Part shown: piece after piece, positions 1-8,873 of the stretch | Layout of the letters: every line of letters starts with the position of its first letter | How positions within the stretch are numbered: position 1 is the first letter of the stretch | Origin: Planctomycetota bacterium | GTDB taxonomy: Bacteria > Planctomycetota > JAJSAM01 > JAJVHW01 | Assembly (NCBI GenBank): GCA_965248445.1 | Contig: CBDFJG010000003.1 | Location: 1,120,001 to 1,184,000, forward strand | Length of the DNA stretch: 64,000 nucleotides | Direction of reading: 5' to 3' | Program-made: the position numbers and the translations under genes | Notes under the pieces: model-generated | What the model saw: the letters and a program-made list of their open reading frames with translations, nothing else | Databases searched by the model: none | What the model was told of the DNA's origin: nothing

Positions 1-2379
1 ACTCGCCCGACATCCTCTGCCCTGTTGGTGACATCGCTGCGCGTGTGCGCCGTTGTCGCTGCGGCAACCGCGGTGTTCGCACCAAGCTGCGGTGTTGCAC
101 TCAACCGCTTCCAGGTCGTGATGGTCGATGTGTCGGGTTCGATGCGCGACCGCGGCGTGGCGGACGCGGTAGCGAACGCGACGCGCGATCTCGACCGCGG
201 CGAGCGTGTCGTGGCTATTGCGTTCGGCGACGGCGCACGCGCCGGAACACCGAGAAGTATGGGTGCGATCCAGGACGAGAGCTGGTCGGGACTGAACGAA
301 CTGGCCACGCCGTCGATGCTGCGCGCCACGCGTTATGCCGACGCACTGCGCGCAGCCGCATCCGCCGCGGCAGCAGCGCGCTACGACGAGCGCATGGAGG
401 CGGTGCTCGTCACGGACGGACGCGCAACGGACGGAGCGGACGGTCATGCGGATGCGGCGTACGCGCTGCGCGCTGCAGGGTGCGCGTCGCTGCGAGTCGA
501 TCGCGTGCTCCCCGAGTGTCCGGGTTCGCGCGTGCTGCACGTGCGCGGTCCCGGCAGTTCGCGGGCGCTCGATTCGTTCTCGGTCAGCGTGCAGGGCACC
601 GCAGCGCCGGGCGGCGCCCGCGTCGAACTCGTCGAAGACGCGCGTGTGCTCGCGGTGCGGACAGTCCCAGCAGGCGCGTTCGATGTCCGGTTCCCCGTCG
701 CCGCGACACAGGTCGGCGAACGTGCCTTCGCAGCGCGGATCGCGGATGGGGACATCGGTGAGGCGCGCGCACACGTGGTCGTTGCCACGCCGTCGCGGGC
801 GCTCGTCATCGGCGAGCCAACACGGAGCGGCGCTCTCTCGCGCGCGCTCGGCCGAGCGGTCGACATGCGGGACGGGCGCGACGCAGCCGGCGTCGACGCT
901 GCACTCGCTGCCCACGGTCTGGTCGTTCTCGACGGAGTACCCGCGAGCGAGATCAGTCGTGAAGTGGAGAGCGCGCTCGTCCGCCACGTGCAAGGGGGCG
1001 GCGGACTCCTCGTGCTCGGCGGTCCCGGCGGCTACGCCCTCGGCGGTTGGGGCGGTCGCCCGCTCGATGAACTGGTTCCGTTGCGTTCCATTCCGCCGGA
1101 CGGGCCGGGACTGCTTCTTTACCTCGCGCTCGACGGCAGCGGATCGATGGCGGATCCATGGCCCGGCGGTGGAGGCACCCGCGATCAGGTCGTGCGGGAT
1201 GCAGCGAGGGAGCTCATCCGATCGCTTCCCCGCGGCACGCGCGTCGCGCTGCGCCGCTTCGCAGGGGGGTTGCGACCGAACGAGACGCCCGTTGCACCGC
1301 TCGAGTGGACGGGTGAGCAAGACGAGCACGGCCTGCTCGCCGCGATCGACGCGATCGACGCGCTGGGCGGGCCGAGCGGTGCGACACACCTGCTCCCCGT
1401 GCTGCAGGAGGCGCAGCGGCTCTGTGGCAGGTTCCCGTCCACCCGGGTCCACGCGCTGGTGTTCACGGATGCGCGCACGGCCGAGGAAACCGATGTGCTG
1501 CGTGAGTCCGTGTCGGCGATCGTCAGGGCGGGCGGGAGCGCGACGGTCGTGGCGCCCGCGGACGATGCCGTCGCAGGCGTGCGCGTCGCAGTGTTCGCGG
1601 GCGGCGGGTCGTTCCGCACGGTGTCCGAGGCACCGGAGGTGGCGCGCGCGTTCCTGTCGAGCGCCGCGGAAGCGCAGGTTGTGAGCCCGCTCCTCGAGCG
1701 GCGCCGTCCGCGTCTGACCGAGGGCGCAGAGCAGCGTGTCCCCGGCGCCGAAGACGTTCCCGGGGCGATCCGCATGCACCGCACGTTCGCCACGCCGGAC
1801 TCCGACGTGATCGCCGTGGCGTCGAAGGGCGAACCGGTTGCCGCGGTCGGACGAGCAGGACTCGGTGCCGTCGCGTGCTACGCGAGCCGGGTCGGAGACA
1901 GCGACTGGGCGCGGCAGGGCGATGGCCGTCTTGCGCGCGCGCTCGCGGCCACGGTTGCCGGTGCCGCCCGTGGCGCGTTGCGCGTGGAGCGGGACGGCGG
2001 CGAGCTGTTCGTCGCGGTTTCGCTCCCGGCTCCCCGGGTCGCCGCCGACGCGCTTCGGCTGCGGGTTCGCACGCCGGCCGGTACCTCGGACGTCGAATTG
2101 CGTCCGGCTCCGCATGGTCTCTTGCGGGCGCGCGTCGCGGAGGATGCGTCGTTCGCAACGGTCCTGGACGGCGAGGGCCGGGCAATCGGCAGCGTCGGTC
2201 TGGACGTCCCCGCCGCACCGGAGGCGTTCTTCCCGGACCCGATCGACGTTTCCGGGCTCGCCAGTCTCGTGGGCTCGGGGCCGGCCCGGGGCGGGCGTCC
2301 GCTCGCCCCCTGGTTAGCAGGCCTGGCCGTCCTGCTCTTGGTGGTGGCACACGCCGCCGCTCCGCGCACGGCGGGCTGA
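1..2379 (+). CDS. VWA-domain membrane protein with central class I glutamine-amidotransferase-like domain (5' end lies outside window)
   Basis: Frame is open from base 1. Two MIDAS-like motifs (VDVSGSM, LDGSGSM), LVTDG, a 'HVQGGGGLLVLGG..GGW..PLDELVP' GATase-like segment and a C-terminal TM helix. Confidence 0.75.
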   Translation, partial: TRPTSSALLVTSLRVCAVVAAATAVFAPSCGVALNRFQVVMVDVSGSMRDRGVADAVANATRDLDRGERVVAIAFGDGARAGTPRSMGAIQDESWSGLNELATPSMLRATRYADALRAAASAAAAARYDERMEAVLVTDGRATDGADGHADAAYALRAAGCASLRVDRVLPECPGSRVLHVRGPGSSRALDSFSVSVQGTAAPGGARVELVEDARVLAVRTVPAGAFDVRFPVAATQVGERAFAARIADGDIGEARAHVVVATPSRALVIGEPTRSGALSRALGRAVDMRDGRDAAGVDAALAAHGLVVLDGVPASEISREVESALVRHVQGGGGLLVLGGPGGYALGGWGGRPLDELVPLRSIPPDGPGLLLYLALDGSGSMADPWPGGGGTRDQVVRDAARELIRSLPRGTRVALRRFAGGLRPNETPVAPLEWTGEQDEHGLLAAIDAIDALGGPSGATHLLPVLQEAQRLCGRFPSTRVHALVFTDARTAEETDVLRESVSAIVRAGGSATVVAPADDAVAGVRVAVFAGGGSFRTVSEAPEVARAFLSSAAEAQVVSPLLERRRPRLTEGAEQRVPGAEDVPGAIRMHRTFATPDSDVIAVASKGEPVAAVGRAGLGAVACYASRVGDSDWARQGDGRLARALAATVAGAARGALRVERDGGELFVAVSLPAPRVAADALRLRVRTPAGTSDVELRPAPHGLLRARVAEDASFATVLDGEGRAIGSVGLDVPAAPEAFFPDPIDVSGLASLVGSGPARGGRPLAPWLAGLAVLLLVVAHAAAPRTAG

Positions 2380-2503
2380 CCGCTCAGGCTCGCCCGCCCT
2401 CCGGCGGTTCAAGTCGGTGAAGGGGCGCGCCGATCCATCCCACGGGAGGGGCACGCGCCCTCGCTGTGGAGGAATCCGCGCCCGTCCCGCCGGAGGTCAT
2501 CCC

Positions 2504-3082
2504 ATGCGCCGCTTCGCTCCCGTGTTCCTGTTCCTGACTCTCCTTGCAGTCGCCCCCGCGTGCACGACGACGACGGCCGAACCGGGCATCGCCCAGGGGG
2601 ACGTCGTCCTCGAGGAGGAGATCAAGCGCCGCATCGACGAGATCCCCTACATGCGCGGTGCCGAACTGGTCATGAACCTCGAGCGGCTCGCGCACATCGG
2701 GGAGCCGGCCGTTCCGCGCCTGCGCCAGGCGATGACGTCGACCGACGATCACATGCGGTCGAGCGCGTTGCACGTGTTCGGCCTGATGCATGACCGCCGC
2801 AACATCGACATCGTGCACGCAGGTCTCGCCGACCCCTCGGACGTGGTGCGCTACGAGGCCGCCGCGTCGCTCGTCGAACTCGGCGACTCGCGCGGGTTCG
2901 AGCCGCTCGTGCACGGGCTCGGGGATGAGGATCTGATCGTGCGCTACAAGTGCATCGAGGTACTACGCGGCGCCACGCAGCGCGACTTCGGGTTCGAACA
3001 CGACGCCGACATCGGGACCCGCCGCCTCGCCGTGCGACGGTGGCTCGACTGGCTGGGCGACGTGCAAGCGAGCGGCCTCTGA
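2504..3082 (+). CDS. HEAT-repeat lipoprotein
   Basis: GGAGGT before ATG 2504; signal peptide ending APAC; HEAT-like repeats (LADPSDVVRYEAAASL, LGDEDLIVRYKCIEVL). Confidence 0.75.
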   Translation: MRRFAPVFLFLTLLAVAPACTTTTAEPGIAQGDVVLEEEIKRRIDEIPYMRGAELVMNLERLAHIGEPAVPRLRQAMTSTDDHMRSSALHVFGLMHDRRNIDIVHAGLADPSDVVRYEAAASLVELGDSRGFEPLVHGLGDEDLIVRYKCIEVLRGATQRDFGFEHDADIGTRRLAVRRWLDWLGDVQASGL

Positions 3083-3145
3083 GACCGTTCGTCGCGGCGG
3101 AGCCTCTTGGTTCCCGGATGTCGCGCTACCGGTTAGCGTCGTGAT

Positions 3146-4219
3146 GTGTCCCACCCGACCGTCCTGATCCTCGCGTGCGCGCTGCTGTCGGCGTGCGGCA
3201 CGGCCGGTTCGCCGCGTGCAGTCACGCGGAACGACGCGTACGGACGCGCGCTCGTCGCGTTCGCGGCCGACGACTGGGACGAGACGATCACCGAGCTCGC
3301 CGATCCGCTTGCACGGGAGCCGTGGGACGTGGAGGCGCACCTGCTGCACCAGGACGCCCTGGCTGCGGCCGGGCGCGGCGACCAGGCGCGCGCTTACTAC
3401 GAAGCGCAGTCTGTCGCCGCTGCTGCGGACGGCGCGCGCGCTCTGCTCGCGGCGCGTGCTATGCCCCGGGAAGGGGACGCTCGCCTCCGGGCGTACCGCG
3501 CGGCGATGGTGCTGGACCCCGACAGCGCCTGGGTGCGTGCCGCCCTGGCGAGCGAGCTCATTGCCGCAGTCAGGGCGCTCGACGTGGAAGCGACGGAGGA
3601 GCGCGATGCCGGATATCCGGAGGATGCGGACGCGCTCGACGCAGACCGGGCTACGACGCTGATCGAGGCGGTGGCACTCGCAGAGGGCGCCGTAACGGCG
3701 GCGCCGGGACTGGGCGCCGCGCACGCGGCGGTGAGTGCTGCGCGGGCCGCACAAGCGCATGCGGACAGCGCGCGGCGGGGCGAGCTCCTCGAGGCGGCGA
3801 TCACCGCGCAGAGGCGCGCCGCGGAACTTTCCGCCGGCGATCCACGACCGTGGGCGGCGCTCGCCGTGCTGCAACGCACCGCAGGCGACGATGCTTCCGC
3901 CGCCGACTCGTACCGGCTCGCGCTGGATCTCGACGAGGGTGACCCGGTGCTGCTCGCAGGGCTCGGACGCACGCTGCTCGACCGCGGAGAGGCCGACGAC
4001 GCGGTCGCCGCGCTGCAACAGGCGTCGATCGCGCTCCCGGACAATCCGTTTCTGCTCCACGACCTCGGCGTGGCCCGCCAACGCACGGGCGATCTGGATG
4101 GGGCGGTCGAAGCGCTCAGGCGTGCGACCGAGATGGCGCCCGATGATCCCCGGCCGCTCCGCGCGCTAGCACTCGTTCTGCGTGAGCGCAGCGGGGAGCC
4201 CGAGCCCCGGAGCGAGTGA
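3146..4219 (+). CDS. Tetratricopeptide-repeat lipoprotein
   Basis: Lipobox LSAC; TPR-like helices (PDNPFLLHDLGVA..GDLDGAVEALRRATEMAPDDP). Confidence 0.8.
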   Translation: MSHPTVLILACALLSACGTAGSPRAVTRNDAYGRALVAFAADDWDETITELADPLAREPWDVEAHLLHQDALAAAGRGDQARAYYEAQSVAAAADGARALLAARAMPREGDARLRAYRAAMVLDPDSAWVRAALASELIAAVRALDVEATEERDAGYPEDADALDADRATTLIEAVALAEGAVTAAPGLGAAHAAVSAARAAQAHADSARRGELLEAAITAQRRAAELSAGDPRPWAALAVLQRTAGDDASAADSYRLALDLDEGDPVLLAGLGRTLLDRGEADDAVAALQQASIALPDNPFLLHDLGVARQRTGDLDGAVEALRRATEMAPDDPRPLRALALVLRERSGEPEPRSE

Positions 4220-4340
4220 CCGGCGTTTCCGGGTTGCTGCGTGCCGCGACCGTCCCGCACAATTGTAGCGCGAGACAGCCCACCGCTCCGTCCCCCGGCC
4301 GACACCGGGACGCGTAGGGCCTCTTCCACGGAGAGGAACC

Positions 4341-4919
4341 ATGCTGACGAGACGTGCTTCGAACGAGAGTGGCAGCGGGGGACTGGTGGTGTTCTTCGCC
4401 GTCACGCTGGCGCTCCTCATGGTGCTGATCGCGCTGATGGCGCGCCACCTGGACGCTCAGCGCGCCGAGAAGAGCACGGTTGCGGTCGTCGATCCGCCCG
4501 TGCCCCCGCCGCCCGTGAACATCCGCGGTCCCGACGTGCCCACGACGCCGAAGTTCGGTGCCGTGAGGGTGGACGAGCCGAAGACGCCGCCGAAGAGTCC
4601 ACTGGGCGGGCCCAACGACGTCGAGCGCGCCGAGCGCGCTGATCAGGCGCTCCGCCGCGTCGTGGAGGCCGTTGCGCGTTTCCGTCACATCGTCGGACGC
4701 AACCCCCGCGACCTGTCCGAGCTGGCACGCCCGATCTCCGGACACGCCGATGGGATCCTCGGTGCCGCCGGCGCGCCGGCCGACGGCTGGGACCGGCCGT
4801 TCCAGTACGGAGGGCGCACGGGGTCGACGGGTCCGGTCTGGATCAAGAGCCACGGCGCGGACGGCGCCGAAGGGGGCCTTGGAGTGGACCGTGACCTCGT
4901 GGGCGTCTTCGACGGCTGA
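4341..4919 (+). CDS. Type II secretion pseudopilin G-like (T2SSG C-terminal domain) protein
   Basis: N-terminal TM helix; C-terminal 'DGWDRPFQY...IKSHGADGAEGG.G.DRDL' matches the GspG C-terminal pattern; GAGGA before ATG. Confidence 0.65.
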   Translation: MLTRRASNESGSGGLVVFFAVTLALLMVLIALMARHLDAQRAEKSTVAVVDPPVPPPPVNIRGPDVPTTPKFGAVRVDEPKTPPKSPLGGPNDVERAERADQALRRVVEAVARFRHIVGRNPRDLSELARPISGHADGILGAAGAPADGWDRPFQYGGRTGSTGPVWIKSHGADGAEGGLGVDRDLVGVFDG

Positions 4920-5001
4920 GGCCCCCCCGCGGCGGAGGATCGCAGGCACGTCCCGCGGCCGATCGGCCAGGGACCGCGCACGGCGTCGTAGAATCCAGGT
5001 G

Positions 5002-5811
5002 ATGAAACGCACCGGCTTCCTCGTCGCCACCGCCCTCGGTATCGCCATCGGCGGACTGGCTGCGGCTGTCGCCGTGGTCGTCGGTGCGGGCCCCTCGCCG
5101 GCTCCTTCCGCCACCGGCGTGAGGGACGTGCCGGCCATCACGGCCAAGAGCGTGCCAGCCCCTCAGAGGTCGCACCCGGCCGAGGCTCGCTCCGACCCGC
5201 CCGGTTCGCTCGTTGCCCGTTTCGACGACCCCGATCCGGAGGTGCGTCACGCGGTCGCTGTGGAGATGCTCAGGTCCAAGCGCGACGTGCTGGCGCAGGC
5301 GCGTGCGCTCCGTCCGGCGACTCCGGCCGGCCGGGACCTGAGCCACCGGCTCGTGATCGCTCTGCAGACGCTGCGCGCGATACAGCGGTCGAACGACTAC
5401 CCGAAGACCGCACGGCACGACCGCACCGGGGTCTGGTTGAAGTACGCGGAGACGGTCGTGCCCGAGGACTTGCTCCGGGGCGAGCGTCTCGCCTACTGGC
5501 GGCAGAAGGTCGCGTACGACAAGCGCCGCGTTGACACGGGATTCCTGCCCCTGGGCGATCTGGCGCTCTCACGCCTCGAGCTCGCGCGTGTGCGCTTCGA
5601 ACTTGGTGAACTCACCGGCGAGCAGTACGCCGCGGCGCGGGAGCCGCACGTGGGCGCGGTGGCGACGTGGATCGAGGAGATGCGCGGGGATCGTCGCACC
5701 GCGGCGGGCCGCGTGCAGAAGATTGAGCAGCGCTTCGCGCACCTCTCCCCGGACGGGAGGGCTCCGTCGTCGATTGCGCCGCCGCGCGTGCCCGACACGC
5801 CTCGGCGCTGA
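5002..5811 (+). CDS. Hypothetical membrane-anchored protein with one HEAT-like motif
   Basis: ATG 5002 followed by hydrophobic N-terminus; FDDPDPEVRHAVA motif; GC3-rich codon usage. Confidence 0.55.
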   Translation: MKRTGFLVATALGIAIGGLAAAVAVVVGAGPSPAPSATGVRDVPAITAKSVPAPQRSHPAEARSDPPGSLVARFDDPDPEVRHAVAVEMLRSKRDVLAQARALRPATPAGRDLSHRLVIALQTLRAIQRSNDYPKTARHDRTGVWLKYAETVVPEDLLRGERLAYWRQKVAYDKRRVDTGFLPLGDLALSRLELARVRFELGELTGEQYAAAREPHVGAVATWIEEMRGDRRTAAGRVQKIEQRFAHLSPDGRAPSSIAPPRVPDTPRR

Positions 5812-5844
5812 CTCGCGGTAGCCGCGCCAGCTGTCGCGGTCCGA

Positions 5845-6116
5845 CTGCAAACGACGCTGCTTGTGTCGTGTGCCCCTTGCGCGCTGGCGCGCTGGCCCGC
5901 GCGCTCGTGTCGCGGTCGTGCGCAAGCTGCCGCCGCGGGGGACACTGTGCGCGCCGGTGGGTGGGGTTGGCCCCGCGGAGGACCCGTGACGCGCTGACCG
6001 TCGAGGCCGGGCAATGACCGCGCAGCATCCCGCTGCGAACGACGTTGTTTACGTCGTTTGCCCACTCGCGCGCTGACGCGCGCGCTCGTGTCGCGGTCGT
6101 GCGCAAGCTGCCGCCG
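5845..6116. repeat. Two-copy degenerate direct repeat (5845-5935 and 6033-6116) with an identical 38-bp core, REP/BIME-like
   Basis: cgcgcgctcgtgtcgcggtcgtgcgcaagctgccgccg is identical at 5898-5935 and 6079-6116; the upstream halves align and each forms a hairpin. Confidence 0.85.
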
Positions 6117-6133
6117 ATTAGGCGGCGGCTTGC
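6103..6133. terminator. Hairpin immediately after the stop of the minus-strand propeller gene (terminator-like)
   Basis: gcaagctgccgcc-gatta-ggcggcggcttgc: 13-bp stem with one G-U; no clear U-tract. Confidence 0.5.
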
Positions 6134-7917
6134 TTACGGAGCGATCTCTAGCACTAGGCCGGACTTGCCGGTGACGACCACGCCGCCGTGGGCGAACGCT
6201 GGGGCGGGGACGAGCGGTGTCTTGCAGTCCAGCAGCCAGACCAGGGTGCCGTCGTCGCGGATGCGGCGCACCACGCCCGACTTCGTGACGCACAGGATGT
6301 CGCCGTCGAGCGAAGCCAGCCGGCCCGCTGCTTCGCCTTCGACCGGCAGAACGCTGCGCGGGTCGCCGGTTGCGCGGTCGAATACGTGGATCTCGCCGGA
6401 CGCGCCGATCCATGCCACGGCGTTCGGCGTCGCCGCCGGACGACCGCCCATCTGGGCGTGAACGTCCCGGCGCCAGAGTTCGCGGCCGCCGGCGAGGTCC
6501 ACTGCGACGATCGCGCGCCGGTGCGTGGCCGTGTAGAGAGTCGTGCCGTGCACCACAGGGGCGTCACACGCCGGCGAACCTGCCAGCGGGATGCGGCGCA
6601 AGACGGAGCCGTTCTGCGCGTTCAGGATCTCGATCTCGCCGGAGGTGGTCAGCAGCACGATCCCGAGAGTGCAGTAGACCGGCTCGCCGGCGAGAACGCC
6701 TACGCTCTTGGACCAGACGGTGGTGCCGTGCTCGTCGATGAGCGAGAGGGTGCCGCTCTGATCCGCGACAAGCACACCGTGGGGGATCGCGAGAAGGTCG
6801 AGGCGGACGCCGTTGCCGACACAGAAGCGTCCGGCTTCCTTGAGAGTTCCGCTCTGGAAGATGAAGCCGATTCCCTCGACCGATGCGACGAAGACGCGGC
6901 CTCCGAACACCGCCGGCGCAGAGGAAAACCCTCCGAGCAGGTCGCTCTCGAAGCCGCCGACGTGCGTACCGTCGCTGCGGGCATACGATCGGACGACGCC
7001 GTCTCGCGCCGCGATGTACGCGTAGGTCGAGTCGACCGCAGCGCGCGACTGGATCGGCGCACCGGCGTCGACCGTCCAACGCACCTTCTTGCTCAGGACG
7101 ACGTCGACGATGCTGCTCGTGTCCTTGCGCGCGCCACGGCGGATCACCTCGGTGTCCTCGTAGCCCGGCGCACGGATGAGGATGCGCGTCTCCCCTTCCG
7201 GCGGATACTCGATCGTGGTGGGGGAGTGGCCTGCAACGTCGCCGCTGTCTCCGACCAGGATCTGCGCCCCGGGCGGCGCGGTGCGGACCGTGAGCGGCAA
7301 CGCGAAACGGTCGCGGAACCCGATCGTCGGGTGGTCGCGCACCAGTGCGGTCAGACCGTAGAAAGCCTGGTCGTGGTTGCCGCTGCTCCGCGCGGGAGGG
7401 CTTCACGTTCAGCCGAGAGGACCGTGCGCAGTTCGTCCCGCGACTTCTGGATGTCCTCCTCGAGGAGCGGCTGCGCGTCGAGGTAGGCCGTCAGGATGTC
7501 GCGCAGCGTCGGCTGCTCGTCGTTCTCGCGGGCGCGGCGGCAGCTGAGGAGGAAGCGCTCCTGAATATCGAGTGCTTCCTCCAGCTGGCCCTTGCGGCGT
7601 AGCTCGATGCCGCTTGTGCGTGCTTTGCGGAAGTCCCCGAACATGTCGATCTTGGCGATGTAGGCGGCGCCCTCCGCGGCGACATCCGCCACGAGCTTCG
7701 CGCTCTCGAGGAACGCCGTGATGTCCTCGGCGGCGACGCGGATCGGTTCTCCGTCGATACCCGCGATCTCCTCGGACAGCGACTTGAGGACGCTGGCAAG
7801 GCTCTCCCAGTCCGCTGCATCGCGGGCGGCGACGACGCCGTTCGCCTCAGTCACCAGGTCGTCGAGCGTCTCCCTGTCCGCGGGCTCCACCTTCAATCGC
7901 CGATCCCCGGCATCCAC
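6134..7917 (-). pseudogene. PEGA-like + PQQ-type beta-propeller protein; frameshifted near 7395-7400 and apparently 5'-truncated
   Basis: ORF 7351-7917 and ORF 6134-7342 are in different frames. Coding sense continues ...EREAL / RSSGNHDQAFYGLTALVRDHPTIG. 'VRTAPPGAQI' (PEGA-like) and propeller repeats (AVDLAGGRELW). Confidence 0.65.
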
Positions 7918-7926
7918 AATGACTGG

Positions 7927-8869
7927 ATGCGCCGCGTGGTCGCCACGCCCGGCGTCGCAGAGGCGCTCGACAGGGCGGATCCCTCGATCGTGTCCTTGGC
8001 GTACCGCCAGACGCTCGACGCGTCACTCGGCGACAAGCTCGACCTCTTAGTCCCAGGCTCCGCGGCGCGAAATCTGCTGGAGTCCGCGGTAGACCTCGCC
8101 GGCCGATGGTTCGGCGCTGACGATGCGCTCGAAGCCGCGGGGATCGACGACTCGGATCAGTTGTTGCGCCTCGAGCGCGCGCACGCTGCGTTCAACTTCG
8201 CCAAAGCCGAGGGCGCGTTCCAGAGCGGCCTGGATGCACTCGGCGACATGTTCGAGGGCATGACGCCCTTGGAGATGGGCGTCTACACGGTCGGGGCACT
8301 GGTCATCGCTGTACTTGGCGGGGCGGCGGTGGCGGGCGGACTCTCCGTCGCCGCCGCGGTGAGTGCAACCGGGGCGACCTTCTGGGGGGCGGCGTTGGCT
8401 GTCGGGACCGGTGTGGCCGTTGGCGCCGCGACGGCAATCGCAGAGGAGGCGCTCTGGCAGACGCTGAAGCACGACTCGATTACCCCGAGCGACTGGGACG
8501 ATGGATCCATAACTCGAGCTGCCATCGCTGGCGGCGTGCGGCGTGCTGGGTGGTGTGCTCGGCCCGTTCGCGTCGAAGGCATCGGGCATCACGGCGGGTA
8601 CGTTCGAAGAGGGCGTCTCACGGTACTATCAGCGTCTCGGGACGATCGTGAGGCGCGGTGACGCCGTAGCCGATCAGACGACTCGCTATCTGAAGCAGGG
8701 CTACTCCCAGCGCGCTGCCGAGAGGCTCGCTACCCCCTACACGCGGCCAGGACATCACTTCGTTCACAGCGCCTACATCAAGAAGGTCCTCATCCCGAGG
8801 TACGGCCCAGAGTCGCTGCGCGGGCGGCTCTTGAGTCGATACGTCGACAGCGCCTGGAACCTGAAGACG
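7927..8869 (+). pseudogene. C-terminal fragment of a polymorphic-toxin-like protein (Gly/Ala hydrophobic segment plus His-His nuclease-like tip), frameshifted and IS-truncated
   Basis: 7-bp tandem duplication ggcgtgc at 8533-8546 splits AIAGGV|LGGVLGPF. Downstream 'PGHHFVH...WNLKTL' runs into the IS1380 CTAG at 8870. Confidence 0.5.
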
Positions 8870-8873
8870 CTAG

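Noticed and set aside
5845..6116. CRISPR array
   Set aside because: Only two units, with over 140 bp between the 38-bp cores and no cas genes in the window.
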